Source of the DNA: a virus
Lineage: Duplodnaviria; Caudoviricetes
Virus record (IMG/VR): IMGVR_UViG_3300036861_000067
Span: 1-55,469 of that record
Length of the DNA stretch: 55,469 bases
Reading direction: 5' to 3' (one strand)
Translations under genes and position numbers: made by a program
The notes under the pieces: model-generated
Database searches by the model: none
Seen by the model: only the letters and a program-made list of their open reading frames with translations
Told to the model about the DNA's origin: nothing
In this document: positions 28,893-37,856 of the stretch, one piece after another
Layout: every line of letters begins with the position of its first letter
Position numbering within the stretch: the stretch's first letter is position 1

Positions 28893-29281
28893 TTGATCTT
28901 CCCAATGTCGGGCGCCGGGCAGGCCCAGCCTTTGCCCTTGCGTTTGAATGCGCAGATCCACCGCTCAAGCCTGTCCTTTTGCTTGCCGGCGACTACCGTT
29001 TGCCACTGCATGTTAGCGGGGCTGTCAGCGCCACCGGCACACAAGGGCACTATATGATCCACGACATGGTCAGGACACGCGCCACGGGCCTTTCCCGTGG
29101 CCGGGCAGGGGTGTATAGACCGGAAGGCCCGCACTTGCGCTGGATCCCTGACAGTTTCGGCGTTTACAAACTGTGAGATTGACGACCCTATTATCATTCC
29201 CCACAAAAGCCAACAGCCACGATTAACCCATGTCATGTACACCAATCCACGATCTTCTTCACTCTCGCCTTTGTACTTCAT
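28889..29281 (-). CDS. HNH-fold protein with N-terminal membrane anchor
   Basis: CPATG...CP...DHIVPLCAGGADSPANMQWQ; hydrophobic WLLWGMIIGSSI segment. Confidence 0.7.
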   Translation of the reverse strand: MKYKGESEEDRGLVYMTWVNRGCWLLWGMIIGSSISQFVNAETVRDPAQVRAFRSIHPCPATGKARGACPDHVVDHIVPLCAGGADSPANMQWQTVVAGKQKDRLERWICAFKRKGKGWACPAPDIGKIK

Positions 29282-29499
29282 GACAGCCTTACCACCTTGC
29301 AGACTTCGTGATGAATGTCCGGCCAAAGATCATTGGCTTCATTGCACACGCGCACTGCCATGTTCTCAGTCACGAATACCGCTGGTCCCCGGCCATCCGG
29401 GTAGCCAAACAGGCCTATCCCGCTGCCGTCCTTGCGACTATAGGCGATGACCCAAGGTGCAGTATCGGGGATAGTGTCGGGTTTCATGATTGCCCCCAT
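29278..29499 (-). CDS. Hypothetical early protein
   Basis: Coupled ORF. Confidence 0.5.
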   Translation of the reverse strand: MGAIMKPDTIPDTAPWVIAYSRKDGSGIGLFGYPDGRGPAVFVTENMAVRVCNEANDLWPDIHHEVCKVVRLS

Positions 29500-29753
29500 C
29501 TGGTGATTTGCATCACCACATAAAGCACATCGTCAAAGAAATCCTGCTTCCTAACACCAGCGTTGTAGATCCCGACCATGGTATAAAAGCCTGGGGTTTC
29601 CTGCCGGCGATGACAAGCGTTGGTATCTTCGCGCAAACACTCGATTTGGTGTTTGCGGTCTACGTAGACATAGAATTGAAGATCGCTGGCCACGATGCGC
29701 CGCCACGCGTTTTCAAGTGCTACATTAATTTGAGAAACACGAGTTAATTCCAT
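29484..29753 (-). CDS. Hypothetical early protein
   Basis: AAAGGAGA RBS. Confidence 0.6.
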   Translation of the reverse strand: MELTRVSQINVALENAWRRIVASDLQFYVYVDRKHQIECLREDTNACHRRQETPGFYTMVGIYNAGVRKQDFFDDVLYVVMQITRWGQS

Positions 29754-29854
29754 CTGCTACTCTCCTTTAGTCCTCCTGTGGTGATACATATATTCTATCA
29801 ACTAACGCCAGGGGTTTCCATGCTATCAATAGATCAAATAGTTATATAGTAGGC

Positions 29855-29887
29855 AACAAAAAGCCCCAAGCTGTTACGCTTGGGGCT
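29855..29887 (-). terminator. Rho-independent terminator
   Basis: AGCCCCAAGC-N6-GCTTGGGGCT followed by a T-rich tract on the - strand. Confidence 0.75.
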
Positions 29888-29946
29888 GCGCCCACTTGGG
29901 CAGTTTCCACCGGGTCAATCAGCCAGTGGGGGGAGAACACTTCATT

Positions 29947-30156
29947 CTAGTTGAAGTCGAAAGGATAATTCAAGATTCGGTTTTCGACCTCAGCCGCATA
30001 TTTGCAAGTCCGGCCTATCACTGCGCCATCTTTCATCAGGCACCAGCCCTTCATGCTGTTCTTGATGACGATTTCATCGCCGTTGTCCATGCTTACCTTC
30101 ATGCCGTCGATGACGTGGCCTAGCATGGGGTGAAATCTAGCTTGTGTGGTTTTCAT
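29947..30156 (-). CDS. Hypothetical early protein
   Basis: AAGGAG RBS. Confidence 0.6.
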   Translation of the reverse strand: MKTTQARFHPMLGHVIDGMKVSMDNGDEIVIKNSMKGWCLMKDGAVIGRTCKYAAEVENRILNYPFDFN

Positions 30157-30322
30157 TTCTCTAACTCCTTAAAATTGTCCTGCTGTTCGTGTTCCAATTG
30201 TTCTTGCGCCGTTGCGGCATCGCTCATCAGGCGACCAAAAGCATGTGCGCCCATACCGTAATGTTTGGCTTGTTCTTCAATTATTCTATCAAGCCAGCAA
30301 TGGTAATCGTCTGGTGTGGTTT

Positions 30323-31048
30323 TCATGATTGAATCTCCTTAAATGCGTTTTCTACCATCGAATTGAAGTTTTGCTTTTGTTTGGCTCTCGCAGCAGCCCA
30401 CGCAGCAGCCTCCGCAGCAGCCTCCGCAGCAGCCCACGCAGCAGCCTCCGCAGCAGCCCACGCAGCAGCCCTCGCAGCAGCCCTCGCAGCAGCCCTCGCA
30501 GCAGCCCACGCAGCAGCCAACGCAGCAGCCCACGCAGCAGCCCTCGCAGCAGCCCTCGCAGCAGCCTCCGCAGCAGCCTCCGCAGCAGCCCACGCAGCAG
30601 CCCTCGCAGCAGCCCTCGCAGCAGCCCTCGCAGCAGCCCCCGCAGCAGCCCCCGCAGCAGCCCTCGCAGCAGCCCCCGCAGCAGCTCTTAGCCCCGCATC
30701 GCCGGTTTTCAAATACTCAATAACGATTTCTGGTGCATCCCATAGGTGGACTACATCCAAAGCGCATTGCCGCGCAAAGTCGCGTAAAAGATTTTCAGCA
30801 TTTAACGTAGCCAAGATTTTGCGCCGACTCGCAACACATTTATCCTCATCTTCAAGAATTTTTCCATCCAACTCCACCAAGTGCAGCAAATTTCCTGGCG
30901 CGTAAGTAAAAGCATCGAACGGTTCCACACTGGCATGCAAACCCGACTCGCAAAAAACAATATCCCTTTCATATTCAAGCCATTCGCCAATGGGTGGGAT
31001 TTTCCGGCCATCCCGTAGTTTTTCACTCGTGAAATGATAAGCAATCAT
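30323..31048 (-). CDS. Phage protein with AAA-x tetrapeptide repeat
   Basis: CESGLHAS...K.VA..RKI N-terminal domain followed by 25 AAA[RWEGL] repeats. Confidence 0.8.
   Translation of the reverse strand: MIAYHFTSEKLRDGRKIPPIGEWLEYERDIVFCESGLHASVEPFDAFTYAPGNLLHLVELDGKILEDEDKCVASRRKILATLNAENLLRDFARQCALDVVHLWDAPEIVIEYLKTGDAGLRAAAGAAARAAAGAAAGAAARAAARAAARAAAWAAAEAAAEAAARAAARAAAWAAALAAAWAAARAAARAAARAAAWAAAEAAAWAAAEAAAEAAAWAAARAKQKQNFNSMVENAFKEIQS
30386..30685 (-). repeat. 25 x 12-bp coding tandem repeat GCTGCTGCG-NNG
   Basis: Read directly from the sequence. Confidence 0.95.
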
Positions 31049-31554
31049 CAGATAAGTCCATGTTCGGCAAAAGAGTAATAACCATCACCCACGACGATAT
31101 GGTCCAACACCGTCACGTCAATCATACGCATGGCGATCTTGATTTCAGAGGTGAGAAGCTTGTCAGCTTCGCTGGGTTCGGCGCGGCCAGAGGGGTGATT
31201 GTGGTACACCACGACAGACATCGCACTCACCTTCAGTGCCAATTTTGCCAGTTCGCGGATATGGACGTGGCAGCTAGTCGCGCCGCCGTGAAACATGATC
31301 TCGTCACCAATGACCCCGTTTTGCCCATCCAGCAGCAACATCCCGAAATGCTCTCGTGTTTCCATGGACAACTTGAGTTGCAGATACTGGCCACACATGG
31401 CAGCACCTTGGATGTAGGACACTGGCCGACGTCTTTCCAAACGGCGGCGCAATACTTCCATGGCTTGGGCAATAATTTCATCGTTTTCATGTTCGACGTA
31501 AGTTGTAATACCCGTGAGGTAATTGGGTGTGTTTTCGGATTTAACCGGAAGCAT
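31048..31554 (-). CDS. radC: RadC-like JAB domain protein
   Basis: REHF..LLLD, HNHPSG...PSEAD, LDHIVVG. Confidence 0.9.
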   Translation of the reverse strand: MLPVKSENTPNYLTGITTYVEHENDEIIAQAMEVLRRRLERRRPVSYIQGAAMCGQYLQLKLSMETREHFGMLLLDGQNGVIGDEIMFHGGATSCHVHIRELAKLALKVSAMSVVVYHNHPSGRAEPSEADKLLTSEIKIAMRMIDVTVLDHIVVGDGYYSFAEHGLI

Positions 31555-31626
31555 GGTGGTTTCCTTTTGCTAGATAGGGCAACAGCGCCCACGCTAGAAC
31601 CCCGTAAGGCTCTAGCATTGGAGTTG

Positions 31627-31809
31627 TTAGAGATTCACCCCACATCTAGGGGGTTGACCATACCATAGAGTTCGCACCAAAACTTGAGCGTCGGATGGTG
31701 TTGAAATCGCATACCATTCAGCAAAAATTTCAGCATTTTCCCTGTCAGCAAAAACCGCCAGGATTTTTCCTGGCGAGTTTTCGCAATCTTCCACGATATA
31801 AACGTTCAT
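31627..31809 (-). CDS. Hypothetical early protein
   Basis: Starts immediately after the upstream stop; VYIV...ILAVF...AE pattern. Confidence 0.55.
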   Translation of the reverse strand: MNVYIVEDCENSPGKILAVFADRENAEIFAEWYAISTPSDAQVLVRTLWYGQPPRCGVNL

Positions 31810-32778
31810 CTAGGCCAGCATTAGATTTAGTGCGGCTTGTTTGAACGTATCGCCGTTACCCCATTGGGCATTCAGGATCCGCTGGTCGTCGGATTTAGCC
31901 CGTGAAGCATGGTCAACGTAGTCGGTAATGGCATTCAGGTAGCCCCACGCCGTATACTGTGCCCCTGGCAGATCCTGGCCGGCACCAGAGCGGAACAGTT
32001 CCAGAATCTTGGTGTATGGCGTGCTGTTTTTAATCCGACTCTCGTCTGCGATACTCTTTTCGGTCAACAGCTTCAGGGTGAACTCTTCAGCCATGCGCCG
32101 TGAAACCTTCAGCTCTTGCAGCTCACGTGCTGTGGTGCAGAATGCGCCGAATTCGGCGTGTGCAGCTTCAATGGCTGCCATGGCCTCACCCGGCTTGAAC
32201 ACTGACCTATGGGAAGTCTTATGTGCCGCCTTGCTGCCGGCACGCGCCATTGACAGGGTGTTGTTACATACCGTTCTCACCGTAGTCCAGCGGGCTTCAG
32301 TGGCGCTGCTGCCGTCACAGCTAGAGCTAAGCAGCACGTAAGGGATAACCATGTCACCCTCACCTACCAGCACACCATCGCCCAGCTTGGCGGTGGCGAA
32401 ATAGCGCTTCCCTCCGAACAGTACACCAGCCGATTCGAGTTGCAATCCACCTTGGTCTGCCCAATCGCGGAAGAATTCCAGCACTTCCAAAGGCTGAACG
32501 ACTTTATAACCATCGCTCACCAAACCCAGCGGCGCCCCGGTATCGCTTCGAAACAACACGACTTGGTCGTCCATCTGGCGATAGTCGATTTGCTGCGCGT
32601 TACGCGATACGGCATAGCGAACAAAGCTGCGTTGGATTTTGTAGTCCAAGCCAGCTTGCGAAGCCCAGACATCCAACGATGCACCAGGCTCCATAAATTG
32701 GCCTAGGCCATGCCAGCGATCACCAACGGCAGCGAATTCGGCAAAGCCATTTTCACGGATAGAAATTTCGTGCGACAT
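31810..32778 (-). CDS. DUF932/DUF945-family phage-plasmid protein
   Basis: WHGLG, LFRSDTG..LG.VS..YKVVQ, TTVRTVCNNTL, TAWGYLNAITDYVDH. Confidence 0.85.
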   Translation of the reverse strand: MSHEISIRENGFAEFAAVGDRWHGLGQFMEPGASLDVWASQAGLDYKIQRSFVRYAVSRNAQQIDYRQMDDQVVLFRSDTGAPLGLVSDGYKVVQPLEVLEFFRDWADQGGLQLESAGVLFGGKRYFATAKLGDGVLVGEGDMVIPYVLLSSSCDGSSATEARWTTVRTVCNNTLSMARAGSKAAHKTSHRSVFKPGEAMAAIEAAHAEFGAFCTTARELQELKVSRRMAEEFTLKLLTEKSIADESRIKNSTPYTKILELFRSGAGQDLPGAQYTAWGYLNAITDYVDHASRAKSDDQRILNAQWGNGDTFKQAALNLMLA

Positions 32779-33088
32779 GATAGTTTCCTTTTGCGAGGGT
32801 TAAAGGGCAAGAGCGCCCACTCTAGCGCCCATCAGACGCTAGAATTGGAGTTCTTACTGGTGGCAATGTCCAGCTTCGATCAAAGCCATGGCTTGACGGC
32901 CATAACATCCTTGTAGTTGCCACACAAAGCCGTTTAGCACCAGATAATGTCAGAGAAGACCCAGCTAATGACACCAGCCATTTGTTGGTTCCCAATGACC
33001 ATTGTTGGGTTGGAAAGGAACTGTTGTTCCTCATATTCATTCAGGCCCAAGGCCCAAAATTGCCATAGGTTGCTCATTGCTATCTCCG

Positions 33089-33274
33089 TCAAACCGGCTC
33101 GAATCTCCAAAGCCAGCCATTTATCGTTATGAATTCCTGGTTATCCGAATCCCAAGCCTTGAAACAGCTATCCAAGTCAGTGTCCGGTTTTACTAGGATG
33201 AACATATATTCCTCATCACAAGAGGCGAGATAACCCTCTGTGTATCCAGCTAGTACTGCTACGTTATCGGTCAT
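33089..33274 (-). CDS. Hypothetical early protein
   Basis: AAGGGA RBS; acidic 61 aa. Confidence 0.55.
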   Translation of the reverse strand: MTDNVAVLAGYTEGYLASCDEEYMFILVKPDTDLDSCFKAWDSDNQEFITINGWLWRFEPV

Positions 33275-33549
33275 GATCGAATCCCTTCATGTTGTTAGGT
33301 GCGTGTCTCTCCACGCTGTCACGAACTGCCATCGTTAAGGCCGGATAAGGCTCGCCCCCGCCTAATACACTCGTGGGTGAGTCCTGTTGCCAGGGCTCAC
33401 CAGCTTGTGTATTTGCTCAAGTCCGGTTGATACATTGAGCTACCCCGCCGCCTGTCCGCCTGATGAGTCCAAAGATTTACGCTATCGGCGTGAGCCAGCA
33501 ACTTCGGATCTATCTTCGAGTCAGCGGGTATTTTGTGCTACGTATCGTT

Positions 33550-33613
33550 TTGTTAAAGATCATGTGTTGCTGTGCTACACACCTAGTATCGTAAACCACA
33601 CCAAAAAGGGCAA
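33550..33613 (-). promoter_or_regulatory. Leftward early promoter with boxA-like antitermination site
   Basis: TTGCCC-17 bp-GATACT (33613-33585), then GATCTTTAACAA at 33561-33550. Confidence 0.55.
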
Positions 33614-33631
33614 GAACTTTTTCACAGTTTT

Positions 33632-33844
33632 CTAAAAAGACGACGGATTCTGCTGTTTGAGAATTATTGTCGTTTGGATTTCGAGGATTTTTTGGGAAAG
33701 TTGCGCCGCTATTCTTATCCCTGCCGACAAGTTCTCTGTACCATCGCCATACTTCACGTTAAGTTGCTCCAGAATCTCTACAGTTTCGTAATCCAAAGTC
33801 ACACCACGTTGTGTTTTGGGTTTACTGGTGCGTTTATTAGCCAT
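33632..33844 (-). CDS. Ribbon-helix-helix regulator
   Basis: RGVTLD.ETVEILEQL...NLSAGIR; AAAGGG RBS. Confidence 0.65.
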   Translation of the reverse strand: MANKRTSKPKTQRGVTLDYETVEILEQLNVKYGDGTENLSAGIRIAAQLSQKILEIQTTIILKQQNPSSF

Positions 33845-33919
33845 TTGAGTCCCTTTCAGTACGCTGTTAGAGTAACAAGTATAGTATATGGATAAGTATA
33901 CAACAAGTATCCATTTCGC

Positions 33920-34188
33920 TGTCACGTGACAGATCCGTGACACCTGTGACAAATAGAGCTTTAATGTATACTTTGTAGGAACTATACAGTTTTGCTGTCA
34001 CAGGTGTCACGGATTTGTCACGTGGGTTTTGTGACAGCCAAATCGTTGCTGGGCGTGGGTTTCCTATATATGTCACAAAAAAACATTCTTTCTTTTTTTA
34101 TATAAGAATAAATAGAAATAAATTCATTTGGTGAATTTATTAATTCGTTTTTCGTGTAAAACAGCGGAAAAGACGTGACAACGTGACA
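33920..34188. repeat. Iteron cluster with inverted repeat and AT-rich tract (replication origin candidate)
   Basis: 11 GTGACA/TGTCAC hexamers; 29-bp inverted repeat 33923-33951 / 33996-34024 with one mismatch; AT-rich 34077-34150. Confidence 0.65.
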
Positions 34189-34291
34189 CTGTTATAACAT
34201 AACATTAATTATGTGTTACTCGGCCCATTGGTGTCAACAATTACGCTGCTGGTGTAAACAATCAAATCCCTTCCAACTTTCAGCCAAAACC

Positions 34292-34319
34292 TTGACTCCA
34301 TTCGCCATATTCCTAGACT
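34292..34319 (+). promoter_or_regulatory. Possible rightward promoter
   Basis: TTGACT-16 bp-TAGACT upstream of pseB. Confidence 0.4.
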
Positions 34320-34348
34320 GGTGCTGTGTTACTCGTGGCCATAATCCA

Positions 34349-35248
34349 ATGAACACAATCAAGTCCATTCTCGTGACTGGTGGCACCGGCTCATTCGGTC
34401 AGGCCTTTGTCCCGTTCCTACTCTCGAAACCTGAAATCGAGCGCATTGTCGTCTATTCCCGTGGCGAACATGCACAAGCGAACCTAAGAATAGCCCTGGC
34501 TGCCACAGAAACCGGCCGCCACGCGCTTGAACGCATCAGGTGGATGGTAGGGGATGTCCGTGACCTTGCGCGTCTAGAAAGGGCCTTAACGGGCTGCGAT
34601 GCCGTAGTCCACGCTGCCGCATTGAAGCGTATCGAAGTGGGTTATTACAACCCCGACGAGATGGTAAAGACCAATATCATTGGCACTATGAATGTGATTG
34701 AAGCTGCGACCCGGACAAAATGCGGCCTGGTAGTGGGGCTTTCATCTGACAAGGCATTCCAGCCTGTTAGCCCTTATGGCGTGTCCAAAGCCATGGCTGA
34801 AAGCTTGTTATTGGCAGCAAACAACATGCATGGCCGGCGTGGCCCGCGATTCGCCGTCACCCGGTATGGCAATATCTGGAATGCTCAAGGGTCTGTAGTG
34901 CCTACCTGGCGCAGCATCATGGAGGGGAATCCCATTATCCCTGTTCAATTACCTGTTACCGATTTCGATTGCACCCGGTATTTTATGACCCTGGACGAGG
35001 CCGTGGATTTAGTCTGGAAATTGTTGCTGAACATGCATGGTGGCGAGGTCGCAATTCCTGATTGGCTGCCGGCGTATCGCCTTGGGGATTTAATGCTGGC
35101 TTTTAAACTACGTTATGGGGTGAAAGTAGAGGCAGTAGAAAAAGGCCTGCCAAGTTGGGAAAAATTGCATGAATCGATGGACTTGACCCATTGCAGCAAG
35201 AATGCGCGTCGAATGGTATTAAGTGAACTGGTGGAGTTACTGAAATGA
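34349..35248 (+). CDS. pseB: UDP-GlcNAc 4,6-dehydratase (PseB-like)
   Basis: TGGTGSFG, GDVRD, HAAALK, SSDKA, YGVSK, TRYGN, GSVVP. Confidence 0.85.
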   Translation: MNTIKSILVTGGTGSFGQAFVPFLLSKPEIERIVVYSRGEHAQANLRIALAATETGRHALERIRWMVGDVRDLARLERALTGCDAVVHAAALKRIEVGYYNPDEMVKTNIIGTMNVIEAATRTKCGLVVGLSSDKAFQPVSPYGVSKAMAESLLLAANNMHGRRGPRFAVTRYGNIWNAQGSVVPTWRSIMEGNPIIPVQLPVTDFDCTRYFMTLDEAVDLVWKLLLNMHGGEVAIPDWLPAYRLGDLMLAFKLRYGVKVEAVEKGLPSWEKLHESMDLTHCSKNARRMVLSELVELLK

Positions 35249-35358
35249 AACGTAGTGCAGAATATGAGGCCTGGCTGCATATGCGTCGTAGATGTAGCAA
35301 AATCACATCTAAGGATTGGCCCAACTTATCGTGCTTCGCATCCAGAAGATCTAAGTAA
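35245..35358 (+). pseudogene. 37-codon remnant of a homing-endonuclease-like gene
   Basis: EYEAWLHMRRRC motif typical of phage HNH proteins, then truncation. Confidence 0.5.
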
Positions 35359-35382
35359 TTTCTCAAAATCTAAGAGAAAATC

Positions 35383-36009
35383 ATGAAAAACCCCTTTGAT
35401 ATTGTTCGTGAATTTGAGTTTGCCGTAGCAGAGTATACTGGTGCCCCTTTTGTAGTATCAGTCTCATCTTGCACCATGGCGTTATTGTTGGCTGTTAAAT
35501 GGCATATCGACTGTTGCGGCCTTGTGCGGCCTAGACCAGAACCCGTGAAAATCACAATCCCTAAACGCACCTACGTTTCCGTCCCAATGTCGATTATTCA
35601 CGCAGGGGGCCGGGTGCAATTCGATGACCGGGATTGGGTTGGATCGTATCAACTTAATCCTTTGCCAGTTTGGGATTGTGCCCGTCATTTCACAGCCAAT
35701 ATGTATTACCCTGGCGGTTTCGAGTGCGTTTCATTCCACGCAACTAAAACCCTTGGCGATACTCAAGGTGGTGCAATATTGCATGACAATCCGCAAGCCG
35801 ACGCGTGGTTCAGGCGCATGCGGTTTGACGGCCGAACTGAGGGAGTTGCGCCGAAGAATGATTGCTTCAAGGAAATAGGCTGGCACTGCTACATGTCCCC
35901 GGACGTGGCCGCGAGACTGCTGCTTAAACTGTCGTCACTGCCGTTGGATAATTACCCGTTGCCGAATGATGACTATCCTGACCTTAGCCAGATGGAGATA
36001 TTTAAATGA
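35383..36009 (+). CDS. pseC: DegT/PseC-family PLP aminotransferase, short form
   Basis: VSSCTMAL, WDCA, SFHATK, GGAI. Confidence 0.7.
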   Translation: MKNPFDIVREFEFAVAEYTGAPFVVSVSSCTMALLLAVKWHIDCCGLVRPRPEPVKITIPKRTYVSVPMSIIHAGGRVQFDDRDWVGSYQLNPLPVWDCARHFTANMYYPGGFECVSFHATKTLGDTQGGAILHDNPQADAWFRRMRFDGRTEGVAPKNDCFKEIGWHCYMSPDVAARLLLKLSSLPLDNYPLPNDDYPDLSQMEIFK

Positions 36010-36218
36010 GTAGATCCAAAGTTGATATGACTGTGGGAGTTGATGATGCCGGTTTCGTAATTCTTACTGCACCGATAGAAGGTGAAGATTATGTGGTTAA
36101 GTTGGGTTTTGATCCACATCAAGCCTATGACGTGGCGCATAGTCTGATATACATGGCACGCAAAGCTTTGGAAGCCGAGCAAACCCCTGGTGACGATCCC
36201 GATGAAAGCCACATTTAA
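36006..36218 (+). CDS. Small hypothetical protein (paralog 1 of 3)
   Basis: AGFVILTAP...FDPHQAYDVAHSL. Confidence 0.6.
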   Translation: MSRSKVDMTVGVDDAGFVILTAPIEGEDYVVKLGFDPHQAYDVAHSLIYMARKALEAEQTPGDDPDESHI

Positions 36219-36414
36219 AATCTCTGCACATCTTGGTGAAGTCTTAATCCAATTGCCACCATATACAGAAGTTCTTGATAAGGGCGAATCCTTGGTTTTT
36301 GCTTTATCGCCGAATGACGCGATTAAGCTTGCTGACTTAATCTATGAACAAGCCCATGTGGCGGCTTTATCGAAGCTGGTCACATTACAATTGAAAGACA
36401 AAGATGAAAATTGA
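36202..36414 (+). CDS. Small hypothetical protein (paralog 2 of 3)
   Basis: LGEVLIQLP...LSPNDAIKLADLI. Confidence 0.6.
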   Translation: MKATFKISAHLGEVLIQLPPYTEVLDKGESLVFALSPNDAIKLADLIYEQAHVAALSKLVTLQLKDKDEN

Positions 36415-36700
36415 AATCTTTGATCGCGCCGGGCAGGTGATTCTGGCCATTCCAGAAAAAGACTGGAATCTAATATTCGAATCTGGCCAAGCGGTGGATA
36501 TTGCCAACACCATTCTCCACGCTGCGCAGAATTGTGGGGCAGACATCAAATTCGAGGTGGAGAAACCCATCGTAAGCGAGATGCAGCGCCTGCAAATGGT
36601 GGCTAGAGCTAATCACATCATGCGCAGCATGCAGCAAGTCAAGGACAAGAACAAGGTGGCCGTGGCCATTGTCGATTCTATTTTGGGGACTGTGCTATGA
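36404..36700 (+). CDS. Small hypothetical protein (paralog 3 of 3)
   Basis: AGQVILAIP...FESGQAVDIANTI. Confidence 0.6.
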   Translation: MKIEIFDRAGQVILAIPEKDWNLIFESGQAVDIANTILHAAQNCGADIKFEVEKPIVSEMQRLQMVARANHIMRSMQQVKDKNKVAVAIVDSILGTVL

Positions 36701-37275
36701 ATATCGCCATTATCCCCGCTCGCGGTGGATCCACCCGTATCCCAATGAAAAACATTAAAATGTTTCACGGCAAGCCCATCATTGCCTATTCAATCGAAAA
36801 AGCATTCGAGTCTGGATTGTTCGACCGGGTGATTGTGTCCACGGATTCTGTGGCAATTGCCGATGTGGTGAATGAATATGGCGCTGAAATTTGGTTGCGT
36901 AATCCCGAATATGGCCGCAATGAAGTCGGGACACAGGAAGTGGTGAAGGAATGTCTGTTGGGGAATGATGCGCAAGAAGATGATATGGTGGTTTGTATTT
37001 ACGCCACGGCACCGTTAATGAGTGTTGAGGATTTAATCGATGGATTCCACGTGGCTGCGCATGGTGCATGCACCTACGCATTCAGCGTGGGAACAGATCC
37101 TCTCTGTGATGCCGGGCAATTCTATTGCGGATATGCAGATGTTTTCCTGAATGATGAACCTTTGATTACCGATTTAACTTCGATGATCCCGATTGCGCCC
37201 GAACGGGTATGCGACATCAATACACCCGAAGATTGGGCGCGGGCCGAGCAAATGTACTTGGAGCTGAACAAATGA
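36697..37275 (+). CDS. pseF: Nonulosonate cytidylyltransferase (PseF-like)
   Basis: IIPARGGSTRIPMKN, GKPIIAYSI, VSTD, YATAP, DAGQFY, DINTPEDW. Confidence 0.88.
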   Translation: MNIAIIPARGGSTRIPMKNIKMFHGKPIIAYSIEKAFESGLFDRVIVSTDSVAIADVVNEYGAEIWLRNPEYGRNEVGTQEVVKECLLGNDAQEDDMVVCIYATAPLMSVEDLIDGFHVAAHGACTYAFSVGTDPLCDAGQFYCGYADVFLNDEPLITDLTSMIPIAPERVCDINTPEDWARAEQMYLELNK

Positions 37276-37856
37276 ACGAACAAGAGAAACTTTGGCATGG
37301 AACCTTTGGTGATGCCTATCACGTGCGCAATGGCCAGAAAAACCGGCTCATGTTCTGGATGCAAATCCTGGGCAAGTGTGACATCACATCAGCTTTGGAG
37401 ATAGGCGCCGGGCAGGGTGATAACCTGGTGGCGCTGCGCACTCTCTTTCCCACGGCACGGCTGGCCGGCATCGAGATAAACCTGACTGCCGCCGAGATAA
37501 TGGCGCAGCGCGGATTTGCTGCCATCAACGCGCCAGCCAGCAGCAGTCTCAATCTCCCAACTTACGATCTGGTGTTCACTCGCGGGCTGCTGATCCATTT
37601 GCCGGAAGATAAACTCGAAGATGTGTTCCGGCTGGCCTATGAGAAAACGCTACGCTATATTTGCTTTGCCGAATATTTTTCAACCGAACGGCGTGAGGTG
37701 AATTACCGTGGCTTCTCTCAAGCGTTATTCACTGACGACTTTGTATCCCGTTTTATGGCTCAATATCCTGATACTGATCTGGTTGATTATGGCTTTGTTT
37801 ACTCTCGCGATGGTCATGATTCGATTAATTGGTTCCTGATGGAGATTAAATCATAA
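37272..37856 (+). CDS. Pseudaminic-acid-biosynthesis-associated methyltransferase
   Basis: EQEKLW.G.FGDAY..RN, LEIGAGQG, TRGLLIH, AEYF, YRG. Confidence 0.8.
   Translation: MNEQEKLWHGTFGDAYHVRNGQKNRLMFWMQILGKCDITSALEIGAGQGDNLVALRTLFPTARLAGIEINLTAAEIMAQRGFAAINAPASSSLNLPTYDLVFTRGLLIHLPEDKLEDVFRLAYEKTLRYICFAEYFSTERREVNYRGFSQALFTDDFVSRFMAQYPDTDLVDYGFVYSRDGHDSINWFLMEIKS

Noticed and set aside
30329-30905. Alternative-frame ORFs (SSPR-, GCC- and AAAL-repeat proteins)
   Set aside because: They are shadows of the 12-bp repeat; only 30323..31048 has a coupled start and a recognisable domain
33460-33490. Hammerhead ribozyme (CTGATGAG core)
   Set aside because: There is no correctly placed GAAA or closing stem II, and it lies opposite to the predicted transcript
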